DNA of 38,744 nt, taken from NCBI GenBank assembly GCA_964200185.2, contig CAXNAD020000034.1, positions 1 to 38,744 on the forward strand, read 5' to 3'. This DNA comes from Choristocarpus tenellus KU-1152 (Eukaryota; Protista; Phaeophyceae). Each line of letters opens with the position of its first letter. Positions within the stretch are counted from its first letter, which is position 1. Below are positions 12,701-25,228 of the stretch, piece by piece. Both the position numbers and the translations under genes were made by a program. The notes under the pieces are model-generated. The model saw only the letters and a program-made list of their open reading frames with translations, did no database searches and was not told the origin of the DNA.

Positions 12701-15700
12701 CAACCATCACTATACATTTGCATGTTACTAGATACACAGAATGCAACGTGCCTTTCCACCAACACCAAACACACACAAAATAAAATAAAAGAGGACATAG
12801 GAGGCATACTTGCTACCTCTGCTCCTTTCCCTATTCTCACCAAAAGCCCCTCCATTAGAAGATATGCCAGCTCGTCATGAAGGGAGGAATCCCTAGCCAA
12901 CGTATTAGCTACACCTGAAGCTGATCTGGAGGTAGTCCCAGGCTCCCTACTGTAAGGCCCCCCTGATCCGCCGACAACCCACTGCCCTCGTGATTTTGAT
13001 GGCATTTGGGAACTTACAGAAATTAAACTTTGTAGATACCCAACTGCCAATGCACGTCCACTTGTCAGAGGAATTACACCAGGCAGTGTCAGAGAGGTCC
13101 TAGAAGACCTTGCCAACTGCGTGGTACCTTTGGGGTTAGGGCTTTGAGAAATGGGGGCAGAGTCCATTGCTGATCTCGCCTCAGTCTCAGCCTTCGCCCT
13201 ACCAGCCTGTGGGTATGAATATCATAGTGGAGAGGGGTAGCAGAAATGGATATTACAACCTTTACTAGGGAAGGCATTCTAAGGCTAGCATGGACTTGAG
13301 AAAATCCCACTTGGCTAACAATACAGTTCATGGGATAATCCTTGCTTCCAATACACTCACACCAGAATCATGGACTATCATATTCGTTCAAGGTCAACAA
13401 ACAAGGCAAAATACAACCCTACATGCTCCAAATGGGCATACAAGATGCTGCAGCTTAGACAAGAAAAGGTACATTCTCGTGGGAACACGCCTTTCGTGCA
13501 GGTTCACAGGTGGCTGCTTAGTTCATCTTGAGGCAATCACATGTACCCACCAGATATAACAGATGCGCTCATACATAGCTAATACCTACTAGCCCAGTAC
13601 AAAAGTACAAATTTTGAATTACAGGCTCTTGAGCCAAACCTTGGTCATAAATAGCCCAATAGTCAATACAATGTCAATACAATGTCAATACACAGGAAAC
13701 GAAAAAGAACACTGAACAAACATCAACCCATAGAACTCAACCAAGAACAGAAACATATACAAGGACAGTACAGCAAACCATTTGGTGATGACAGACTTGA
13801 AAGAACATGCGTCTGGCACAGTCCTTGACCTGTCCTTGACCTGTCCTTGACCTGTTCGGAGTCAGATGCCCCCCCCCCAATTCCTCACCTCAGATGGTGT
13901 AACGCCCTTCAGGAACAAAACCACATCCTGAGCTGCCAGCCCTTTTCCTCCCGCATTAAATAGTTCTTGCCCCTTCCTCCCCCCACCTCCCCTCCTACTC
14001 TCATCTCCTCCTACGCCTGGTCTTCGCAAGTGCCCTGTTGTTCCATTTCCCAGAGAAACTCCAGTAAAGACTGAGAGGCCCAGGGCAGGGTCGGCTTCAA
14101 TCAAAGGTCTTGCTGCACGAAGAACCAATACAGGGTGGTTAGGGTCTGGTGATAGCCACAGCTCTCTAAGGTACACAGCCAGCCAACGGTGGAAGTCTGC
14201 CTTGGTCCATACACCAGTGGCGCCACTGTTGGGCGTTTGTGATGATGCTACAGCAGCACCGGGTGGGGGGGCAACACACCTGATAGTGTGGTAGGGAAAA
14301 GCAAGTAAGCACACTATGGTAGGCTTAACATGGGAGATGTGTAGACAGGCACCCCACTATACACGCTTGAACTATGTTTTAGTACTCCTTTGCTGCACTT
14401 GTTGACAAAACTTGAAAGGAGTACTAACCTTGGGAAATGGAATGTGTAAGGCAAACATTGTATACTGTCTATCATTAAAAAAAACCCATTAGTATGTGGC
14501 TGCATGCAGAAGATACACAACTGCCATTGGACCCTTTACAGTTGGTCGGCACAAACCCATTGAACAAGCTCTTGTCCAGTCTAGGAACTGACGGGTGACC
14601 TAACACACAGTTGATGTTCAAAAAGAACTTTCCACCTCTGAGGAGTCACTAACAAGAACATCAACCTTGCATTAGCAAATTGCAAGTATTAGGACAGTCC
14701 AAACCTTGTCTTGGTGTGTTAACCAAATATTTGCAACTTCAAGGATACTCACTCTTGGAAGTCAACAGTCACTCGCTGAATTTTGCCAAGGGCTACCTAC
14801 TTCTCACTTGACACTGCTTCATTCTACCCCATCCAAAGTGTTCAATACAACCACAGCACACTAGGATAATAATTGTCAAACACAAAACAGACCTGCAAAT
14901 CACTTTGCACTGCCATGCACAATAATGAAAGAGCCTAATAAAAGTTTCCTGCATATCTCAACTCACACCCTGACAATAAAAACACAAAGCTGTAGTCTGA
15001 ATAGCACTTAAAATCAGTCAATAAGTTGTAGTTCAAAGAAAATGAGCGGCTCAACATAGAGATGTGTCAATCAACATAGAGATGTGTCAATCAACCCCCT
15101 ACTACGCTTCATCCTGTCCAAGGGTAGTGCATCTAAATCGATAAGTGCAATGCGCAGCAATGTAGACAACTGTAATATGACACCGTACCTGCACAACATT
15201 ATTAGTAACACTTTTAATAACACTTTTAGTAACACTATTAATAACACTTTTAATAACACTATTAATAACAAAAATACTGAAAATCACAATCACATGGATG
15301 AGGGCTAAAACCATCCACCTCATAACATTCCCTCTTGGGTCTCTTGCCTATCCTCTGTAGCTAGTGCCAAAGCCTCCCTATGCCGTCCCCTACCCCGATG
15401 AAGCCAGAGCAGGGCCTCCACAAATGTAGGTCCTCCAGCAGCCAAAAGAGGTGCACAGGCTTCCAGTTGGCACCGGTTGGGGCCACTCAGCAGCTCAATC
15501 TATCAGTGCATAGGTGCATATATATATATATTGGATAGTTCATCAAGCAAGGGTAGTCCAGGGCACATTTTAAAAGTGCTGAAACTCATCCATTTGATGA
15601 TAGAATGTATCAATATACCATATTTTTTTTAAATACCAAGAATAATGATTTGCTGGTAGTGGAGACAATACCACAATACCACAGGAAAATAGAAAACTTG

Positions 15701-18700
15701 CCCAAGTAAAACGTATGACACAATATTGAATGATTCTTGAAATTCTACCCAGCAAACTATTTATTTTTCTTGTACAACTGCTTTTACGAAATATAGCAGA
15801 CGCCTTACTACCCTGTACATTGATGACATCGATGATATGGACTGATGAAAAAACTCCAGTACCAGGAATGACCAAGGAGCACATTCAATCCAAGGGGTGC
15901 ACAGTGTGCAGAGTGGCGGAAATCTTGTGCTTCATTACCTGAACAAGTATGTTCCCAGAACAGCATAGTTAACACAGCCTTAACTGAGACAGGAAATGCC
16001 TTGCAAAGACATACATCAATCTTGAAAGAATAAACATTGTATAGTGCTCTGCAACTTGTACAAGATGGTCTACACTTCCTGATCTACAACCAAATCGCTT
16101 ACTACTAGTGGGAGAGAGGAATCAACTGTTGCATTTATCATAAATGATGACCCCACTCACACCCTAACCACCCACCAATGCATTGTTCCTTGGAGGACCG
16201 CATTGCATGTATGCCGACAGCAGAACTGTGTCTACAAGCTCTGCCGTTTGTAGTGCTGTTTGTAGTGCCGTTTGTAGTGCTGCTTCACCCTCATTTCCCA
16301 TCGCAACACTCCCCCCAATCACAATTGAGTCAGGTTCTAGCTTTGGCTAGACCATGATGGTACACGTGTCAATAGAGTGACAACAAAAAAATGAGACATT
16401 AGGGTTAGGGTTAGGGTGACAGAGTTTTAGCTCACAAGTAACATTTGAAGTTAGGGTTAGGGATACAATGTGCAATACAATACAAGGCATATATGCAACA
16501 GGGTTAGGATCAGAGCATTTCAGGACCTGCAGGCGGCTGTTCTTCAAAAACAAATCCAACATGTAGGCAAATCTGACTCGATGTTTTCGGCACCTCAAAT
16601 TTGAACAAAGATCACTAATCCATATCTGTCGTACCCCCGGTGTGCATAATATTGGCCAACAACACCTTGTACCAGATAGGTCTCCATTTACCTGACACCA
16701 AACAAAAAAAAATCAACTTTGTGATGGACAAGTTACGGACAGCATCACCACAAAGGACACACAAAGGACACACTTAAGAGCACGCTCACAACCCTCCTTC
16801 ACCCTCTTATCCACACACCTCCTCATCTCCAGCGTCAACACAGTCAAAACGATCAGCTGCAGCAATCACAGCACCCCTGTGTTTCTCCAGGAAGCGCACA
16901 AGAGCACTTGCAGCACGGCTCCGGCTCACCTGTTGCAGGCCACATAAAGTGCACGTTCTGTTATATTTTATCTTGTTCAAATCAGATCATTGAATCGTTA
17001 ATAAAATGTTGTCACCTACCTAATAATATTACCTTGACATAATGTTTCTACTTTACAAACCATGTAGTACTATGAACAACTTGGTATGACAACACTTGCA
17101 CTGTGTTCACCATTGGCACTGACAGCAACATACAAATGAGGTTGTAGTGTATTACTATTGCTCCTGTAACTGGTTCTGTTGCTAATGAAGCAATCAAAAT
17201 AACTTCTCTGAATGGTTTCAAGCAATGCTAGTGATATGGTGCTACCAATGCCTCTCAATCCAGAAAGTATTTTTGCCCTGACAATAATAAGTACCAATAC
17301 CTTTAAACAAACTTGTACTTTTCTAGTTTACATTTGGAATAAAATATATAGGGAATAATATATATAGGGAATAATATATATAGGGAATAAAATATATAAT
17401 ATCCATATTGAAGGTTTGCCTGTTTATAGCACCAGACTAATTTAGTGTGCAGAACACCAAGAGAGTTTTATTAGTTACTCGAAATACCTACCAGCAACAG
17501 AAAATACCCAACTTTTGCAAGAGGCCATCATCAAATGGTTTAGGTAAGCAGGACAAGAATGGTCCCACTGAACACAGATACTCTTCCAAAAATACTACAA
17601 AACAGACCTGGACAGGAAGCTGCTAATCCATACAAAAGGTATTACTTTACTGATTGCCTTTTTGAGGGTGTTACAAGGATCTTATCAATTAAATATTGAA
17701 AACTATATAGGAAGAGGGTAAAAAATGTCAAGGGTCTCGGCACAAGCTGCAGCGTGCCACCATCTCCAAAATGACCTGCTGGTACCAAAAGCAGGCAACT
17801 TGAGGCATCAACTGTTATCTGGACATCAACTGTCTCAAGCACAGTCAACATCCTGGGCAAGCCTGCAAAATATGACACTGTACTACTGCTGTAAAAGTAA
17901 TGGGGGCCCACACTTACCCTGATTGAAAAGGTACACACAGTTGTCAATCCAAGTGGACATCACAGCAATAGTAGGACACATAGTGTACCAAAACAGCCCC
18001 CCCCAGATTTTGTCCCAAGACTAGCATCCAGGGTCAAAGAGATTTAAAGGAAAGAGATTTAGAGAGATCCTTACCACACAAATTGATACTGAAGTAGGAA
18101 GTGCATAGGTACACACCATGGTCAATGAGACACACCATGGTCAATGAGACCCCCAAGTTCTCCCAGACTGCCATTGGTAGTTGAGTGAACAAGTTCAAAA
18201 AAATTTACCCCTAAAAGAATCAAGCAAGATAAGAGCCATCTGCCAAACAGCACCAGCATCAGGTGACTCTCTTAAGTTTTTCTTTGAGTGACCATGAACC
18301 TCTGCAAATACCTCTGCAAATAACTAAACTTGAGGAGCATACTATCAGCTGAGTCAAAACATACTCAAATCTGAATTAAATTACAGTCATAGTCAATGTC
18401 CAGAAACACCTCCTGAAAGCTTCACTGGGTCTGTAATGTCTGTCTATGATATGCCTCTGGAGTATACCTCCAAAATAGATGTAAACAGCAGAAGCAACAC
18501 CAGGTACCTAGAACCTTTCAACAGAAGAACAGGACACCAAAACACACACACTGCACTATTGTGTCTTCTACTATAGGTATCATACCATGTATCAATAGCG
18601 TAACATCTCTCCTTTTGTACCCATCACCAACAGTAAGAATAAAAATTAACAACCCAACACATTGCACTGAATCTATCTGTCACAAATCATATTGGATCAT

Positions 18701-21700
18701 CGCCAGTACTCTCACCCCTGTCACCACTCTTGGGGGTCTATGTGCCTGTTCTTCATTTGTAGCATGTGCACTTTGCAGCGATTGCCAGTATGGTGTGGCA
18801 CCCTTGCCATCTTTGCCTAAAGAGGAAAAATACAATGCAGGTACTTGGTGAGCTAAAACTAATGTTGCTAATTCATCTTCATTATTACCATTAATATTAT
18901 CATTCAATTAAAACAATGGAGGGAAACATTCAGTGTAGCTTGGGCACTATCTCAGGAGCATGCTCAATTTGTACTATGTATATGCAGCCACAACAACTTA
19001 AGTCACTCACTTAAATTAATCCTAAAAACATTTCATACCTCCATGACAGATAAATGTACAAGGAAAGTAATTAGCAAACCAGGCCTTTCTCAGGATTGAA
19101 TCATCATTCTACATGTACTTGCACAGCATTGACCAACAGGAATGGCTTCTTAACATTAATGCTACATATCTTACCCCAATCCTGATCTTAGATGCAGCAA
19201 AACATATCAGCAACTGCACCATTTTGAGATCATCAGCTACTCAACTGTGAAATTCATAACAAGCTGAAATTTTATCTTCATGATTTTCCAAAGGGTCTTA
19301 TTGAAGTATGTATGACACCTTGTAAAGTAGCAAACAATAACCTTTACTAGAGTCTACTACTACTTCCTAATTCTTAGCACACCATGGATGTTGACGATGT
19401 ATGATGTCACCATGGATGTTGTGCCCTTTACTCCAACCCTCAGCATATAAAACATTAAAACCACACCATACATCCACTAAGACTCAGACATAAACAACTA
19501 CACCTTCTTGAGGCACAGCATACTCTGGTGGTGCCAGAGATGGGAACAGCCCCACCACCCTTGCAACTGGGGTGTCTGCTGCAAGAAAGTGCCCCACTGC
19601 ACCCTCATAGTCTCCCCATGAAAAGAGGTCATAAGCATATCGCTCATGGATAGTCCGGATGTCCACCGATCCCAGCACAGACATGTCCTATCATCAATAA
19701 ATGATTGTGACAAAGTACATATACCAGAGATGTGAATGAGGTATCATCTTTCCTGTTGTTGGATGAATATCACAATTGCCTATCTAGCTCTTCTCGATGT
19801 GGCCTGTTGTACCTCACATATGCAGGAATAGGTTGAATTGACTTTGGTTGACGCCATACTGTGGTGAATGTACTCTAAGGAAGCGAATTCAAAATAATGC
19901 AGCAGTTACTAACAACTGCATCCCCCTGGTAAGGCAAGAATTGTATTTTTTCAACTGACAACTGGTTTTAGCTCCAAGTAAACATCAAACCACAAACACT
20001 TGAGACAAGACATCCCACCTTACACATGGCGCATAGGCTGAGTGCATCCTCATAGCTTCCAGAATCCACAAGAGTTTCAACCTTCAACAAACACAGATTA
20101 TGAGGGAGGGTCACAGCCTGAGGATTGCGCAAACCAATTATGAGCATCAACATACAGTCTCCTCCAGTGGTGCCATTATCATCAAAAATATAGAACAGTA
20201 CACTTCTCATCTACACTCTTCCAAAGCATCAATCAATGAAACACATAGACTTGAAACAATTTGAAGACACAAACCACGTACTACACCACAATTTTAACCC
20301 TTCACCTTTGTCCTCCCTCTCCTCTGGCAATCTACACAAGAATCACTCAGGAAGCTTTCAATGTATCACTCATCTGTGCAAGATACAATCCCCACCTGAA
20401 ACTCAATTGGGATGAGCTTGAGGAGGTTGACGGAGGTACCTGTTGCTACATACGTAAGGGCCCCCCTTCCTCCTCCTACAGGACAACTTGTCATGCATGT
20501 TGCTCCTGATATGTCGATGGTCTGTAGAGGGGCAAGGCTGGCAACATCATGCACCTCCACCTGACCACAGGAAGACAGGGCAGGGAGCAAGCTATTATGC
20601 TGAGATGTGACACCATGCCATAGTAGGATTTACTAAGACAATGAGCACATCTACCCAACTAAAACTGAAAATAGGATAGGTACAGTCTGGGTACACCAGA
20701 TATATGTGACTATTGCACAACATGCGTGGATTAGGCAAACAGGGGTATGGTACAAGGCAATCATGCACTATGATAATATTGATAGTAGTTGTGCTGACAA
20801 AAAGACAGCATAAGTGTGTACACTCCTTTAATGGCTGCCATGGTGCTGCATATCAAGCATCAAAAGTTAAGAGGTCCTAAAAGTGTGCTTCAGTACACAG
20901 TGCACCCTGGTCTGCATAACTCAATCACACCTGACGAGGCAGTACAGCAACAAAGAAAGCTGTTGACAGGTCTACTGAAATTGGTGGAGCACTCCATGTC
21001 AGTCGTTCCTCGTGTCCACGCCCAATAAGGTCCACCAAAAGACCACGAGAACCACTGCAACAATAAAAGCATGGTAACAGCAATAAAAGCATGGTAACAG
21101 CTAAGATGTCAGGTTGAGGCGAATGTAAACAATGACACCTATTTCATCACCAATGTCACCACCAATATCACCACCACATTTTGTATCCCCTGTACCAATG
21201 AAATGAAACAATCCCGCAGTTACGAGGTGAACCTCAAAGTGGAGGCAACCACTAGATGATATGAATCACAAATGATTTCATGTATAATGTAGATTATCTT
21301 TGTCGAAGTAGGACTTCAATTGGACGCATATGCACCATGGTCACAAATTGCTAAAGATTGCATGCAGAGTCTAGCACAAAAAAACTGTGATCATGCATAC
21401 TGCAAGGATCAAGCATGGCTACACTACAAGCTACAGGATACAGCACAAGTATATTCTCTCTTATTATGCAATACAACTAGAGCATCAAGTCACTCTGAGC
21501 AACTAGTCAGGAAAATAAAAAATATGACTAAATGATCAGCAAGATCCGACCTCCACTCTGTGTATACCCTTAACTGTACCTGGAGAGGAGTACCCTTGAT
21601 CCACGTGCTGCTGATGCCTTTACTGCCAATATAATGCCATTGTTGTTTACTCCACTAGTACCTCCAAGTCCAGCTGATGAAGATAAGCTGCCACCGCACA

Positions 21701-24700
21701 GTAAAATGAAATATATGGCCCGGGAAGGAAATTGTGAATTGGATACAAAGGTGTGTAGAGAAGCACAACCATCTTCCTCCTCATCCATCTCATGCAAGTT
21801 TGTGTCCACATACTCAGCAGACTCTTCATTAGTCTCTTTCACATTCAAGTAATGGTGTGCCGATTTCTTTAAGAATTGCATAGGGTCACTATTACAGATA
21901 AGAGATAGATATACTTGGCATCATCCAGAAACATGACCATGGATTGAGACACCAAAAAAATAAATAAAAAGACCAATCACATCATACTATCCTTACAATC
22001 TACCATCACACAATCACAGGAATAGCCGTTTTACTCTACTTTTCACACATCTCCATGTACTGCACACAACTAAAAAGGAAACAAACTACACAAACAAATT
22101 ACAATAACTAAGGATGACCTGACAGATGCACCAGACCTTTAGTTCCTCTCTCTTAAATTGGAATTCAACTTTTCCATGCCCCTCACTCCGTAAGCATAAT
22201 GAATGCCATCCCCCCCACAAGAGTCGTGCCTGAGACGATCTAACAGTGTGCATCAGCACCACTGCAAACATCACAGACTGCAAACCAGACCTCACCTTGA
22301 CACTCCGGAGGAATCAAGTTGGTCCCGCTCCGAAAGAAGGAGCACTGGAGTCAATGCACCAGTCGTAGTATCTAAAACACTATATTCCTTCCGGAGTGAC
22401 ATCACCAGCTTCAGAAATATGTTGAGATTGGAAATAGAGGGTGGATTTGAATCACATTTAGTTGTACCTTTATTGGCAGTCATAGGACAACACTTGTGAA
22501 CTGATTATTTGACACTTCTCATCACACAGTTGTTCCCTTATCATTTCTGGGGGAGAAGAAGTATGAAAAGGTGTGACACCATGCCTACTGCAAAGTATAC
22601 ATGTTGGCATGGGCTCACCCTCGATCCCGTCACACTCCCACCCATTGCTGTTTCAGTAGGTACCAATGCCAATACCCGAGGTGTTTCAGGGAGTGGAAAC
22701 TCCTTTCGAGGTGCAAGGCTCACAGCCTGCCAAGCCAGGACCTGCAACACAAAGTGTAAACATTTTGTTGGAAGTAAGATTACTTTGTTTCGGTATTCTC
22801 CTTAGAAGATTGTACATGACCACAAGTGCACCGCATATGAATTATGGCTATGAAAGGAGAACAGGGGTGCCTAAATGGAACATTGGTAGAGAACTACCAC
22901 GTGAGGTACTGTGCATGAGGTGATATTGTAGCTGTGCTGTATGTACATTGGGTTAGCTACAGAGTGGGATGTCACACGGCAAGACTTAACACAACTTCAA
23001 CATCACTGACAATGAATGTACACTTCAACATTGAAAAATGCAAATGTGAACAAATGTCAAAAGAATACAACCTACAGACAAGACGGTCACGGACTATGGT
23101 AGGAACAAACAAGATGGAATCAACTACTATTCCGTCTTGCCTAGCATGATGTTCTTTGTTAAAAAGTAGGCCATCCAAAGCACCAGGGCTAGCTCATTGT
23201 CTACAATGTCTTGGAATAATATGTTCTAAATGCTATGATTAATGGTCCCCATCCCTAGCAAGATTGGAAATAAAACCATCCCCAATGACAATTCAGAAGT
23301 GCAATAAATCTTAAAGCAACAAGGGACTACATCCTTTAGTCAACACCCAAGTACTCCCGGATTCGAGACAAAGTCTAACTTTTGACTGAAGAAAACAACG
23401 CATATTTCTCTCATGAAGTCATATTTCTCTAATGAAGTCATATTTCTCCAAGTCATATTTCTCTAATGACTCTAATGACTCTAATGAATTCAGACAGCAA
23501 CAAAAAGAAAATAGCAAAACGATCCACAAGACAAGAGATGAGGATCCCAGTGACCTTCAGTAAGTGAGGATCAAGCAGATCAATGACAAAGAGGTGACCC
23601 CCAAAGAAAGCAATACATCCTTTGAAGTAGCAAGTAAATGGGTCAGGTTATGCAAATCAAAGTATTTTGTGTAGATTTGCAGTAGAGGGGCATAGCTGGG
23701 GTGAGAGTCCAACCTGAAGGCGCTTCTTGTTGGCCACAAACACCAAACGTTGTGCTTCATCAATGCAAAAGCATGACGCTCCCTTCGTCTCAGGCACACT
23801 CGCCAGGGGACGATATGTGTACAGGTCATACGCTACAAGCTTCCAAAAGGATTGTTCCATTCCAGGCGTCAGGAATGGGGAGAAAAGGGGTGGGTGAGTG
23901 TGTGTATAGACTTGAGACATGTTCAAGGCATAAGATATCCTTACAAAGTGAAGGTAATCCGACCACTTCAGACCTCAACAGTGGTAAGGACCCTACCCCT
24001 AAGGCTGCGGACCAGCTTAATCAGGTACGACCTGCTTACTATTCTGCATTGGTCCATCGGTAGAAGAGTGGCATGTTATCAGCTTAAAAGCTAAAAGAGA
24101 CCACAATCCAAATTGCACTCGTTGAGACAGCAACAGGTCCCTGCACTGAACAAACCATCGAGCGGTCACAAACCGGACAAGGTCGAATTCATGTTTGCTG
24201 GAAGAGTATGCTGCTCTGTTAGAAGTTTTCTTTACCTGACTATCCAGAATCCCCAGCAGTGCTCGCCAGCCTTCAACAGCAAGAAGCCCTACTACCGGTT
24301 TCCTGTCGACTGCAAGGCCTTTCCGAAGACTTTCCACCTCGCGGCACTCAAATGACCCTGCACGAAGGGCGTTTGTGGTATCTCCCCTACACTCATAGGC
24401 TACCAGGCTGCCGTCTGTTGTACCCACGAACATTCGCTCGCCAGCACCGACTACTGCAATGGTGCTCACCTGTTAAAAAAAAAGAGCGAGACCTAGTTTT
24501 CAAGTTGCTTTTGAACTTACTCGATGTTGCACTCACCATAATTTATAGCTTTTTTTCCACACGATCACGACGCACATGCATACCATGAACGCATCCTCAA
24601 ATGAAAAGCCAGTGGATGACAATCCAACTATTGCAACTTCTATGTCCAATTTTCCTAGGAAATTTGCTTCGGTGGGTTGTCTGCCGATATTGTGACAATT

Positions 24701-24739
24701 TGGGGGAAGACATAATTTTCCACTTCTCTTCAATAGCAT
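6788..24739 (-). CDS. VPS39: Vps39/Vam6-TGFBRAP1(Vps3)-family protein (CNH beta-propeller + alpha-solenoid/clathrin repeat) with C-terminal gamma-COP appendage domain, ~1307 aa, 25 exons
   Basis: Exons (- strand): 24739-24584, 24469-24236, 23839-23714, 22741-22619, 22408-22296, 21687-21580, 21054-20931, 20560-20396, 20081-20019, 19687-19504, 18816-18716, 16929-16819, 16346-16176, 15499-15348, 14279-13889, 13206-12841, 12508-12392, 11441-11316, 11010-10926, 10376-10153, 9894-9796, 9516-9344, 8893-8783, 7808-7644, 6923-6788. Total 3924 nt, in frame. Motifs: MFVGTTDGSL and ASCFCIDE (CNH), IPIEFQVETLVDSGSYEDALSLC, LVDTVLLSAY...LLSGPNRC...LLWLHRGRGRHREAL (Vps39_1-like), LQHFLQTSESYNPARLL...EEHALLLSRLGRHDEVLQIY...AEAYC, VDPLKALALLPADTPVSQLLPFL. 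Start codon is tentative, and Vps39 versus Vps3/TGFBRAP1 paralogy is unresolved. Confidence 0.9.
8723..8777. repeat. 28-bp tandem duplication next to a splice donor
   Basis: aggtacctttaccctcactaggactac(t) x2. Confidence 0.95.
9154..9233. repeat. 16-bp minisatellite (ATACTGTACAACAAGT) x5
   Basis: Four perfect units and one single-mismatch unit. Confidence 0.95.
9625..9682. repeat. Degenerate hexamer microsatellite (ATATAG/ATACAG)n
   Basis: Visible directly, intronic. Confidence 0.8.
11667..11716. repeat. 12-bp repeat (AATAATCATAAT) x4
   Basis: Visible directly, intronic. Confidence 0.9.
12581..12633. repeat. 10-bp repeat (ACTCATATCA/ACTAATATCA) x5
   Basis: Visible directly, intronic. Confidence 0.9.
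15200..15269. repeat. 12-bp degenerate repeat (TTAATAACACTT-like) x~5-6
   Basis: Visible directly; explains spurious repetitive ORFs at 15071-15323. Confidence 0.85.
16399..16508 (+). repeat. Interstitial telomeric-type repeat cluster (TTAGGG)3 + (TTAGGG)2 + partial
   Basis: 16399-16416, 16451-16462 and ~16500-16508. Confidence 0.85.
17425..18300 (+). mobile_element. Heavily decayed Ty3/Gypsy LTR-retrotransposon pol relic (RNase H end, integrase Zn-finger, integrase core), antisense in a Vps39 intron
   Basis: Colinear motifs with stops and frameshifts: STRLI*CAEHQESFISYSKYLPATEN (cf. RL.RW...L..F...I.Y.PG..N) at ~17428; LLVPKAGNLRHQLL...HPG (cf. L.VP...LR..LL...H....HPG) at ~17775-17860; AIGS*VNKFKK (cf. 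AI.V.VDRFSK) at ~18170; LPNS...D..KF (cf. GLP.SI.SD...F) at ~18240. Confidence 0.6.
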
Positions 24740-25228
24740 TTCTTGTCAGTCAGCTTGAGCACCCTGACAGAAATTCGTCCCTGACTTTCCATCACGAGGA
24801 AAACAGGAAATGGTATCATTAATCAGCATCGCCATACGCATGGTCATGATGCCTTGCGAAATGTCTACAAAATTACCCAAGTAAACAACACATTGCGAGA
24901 ATTTGCTCCACCTTCTTGGTGCGAAAACCCAACAAGGAGGATACATCGTATGCCGTACGAGGCATATCTTCACCAGAATGTTTGCTTTACACCTTCACTT
25001 TTGATTTCTCTCCTCATCTCCTGAAGGGGTAGGTCAGGTTAATTCAACCTAGGATTGGAGAAGATGTATTAAGAGAAATCGGTCAATATTTACCATGAAA
25101 TCGGGCTGGGCATGTTTGTGTGGGTTCGTTATATGAATCAGCACTACCTCAAATCTCTACGTTACGCAACAAGAATTTGGTCGACACGGATAGGCTTACA
25201 CGAATGCCCAACCTTTGAATACAGGAGG
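24740..25228. promoter_or_regulatory. Putative bidirectional promoter within a CpG-rich island (Vps39-like <- -> GNAT)
   Basis: About 490 bp between divergent start codons; CpG density is high across ~23700-25700 compared with CpG-poor gene bodies. Confidence 0.6.

Noticed and set aside
16526-16690. Open phase-0 segment (VNGDLSGTR...KNSRLQ) as an extra Vps39 exon
   Set aside because: Weak donor (GTCCTG), atypical composition, and not needed for frame or motif continuity; cannot be supported without RNA data
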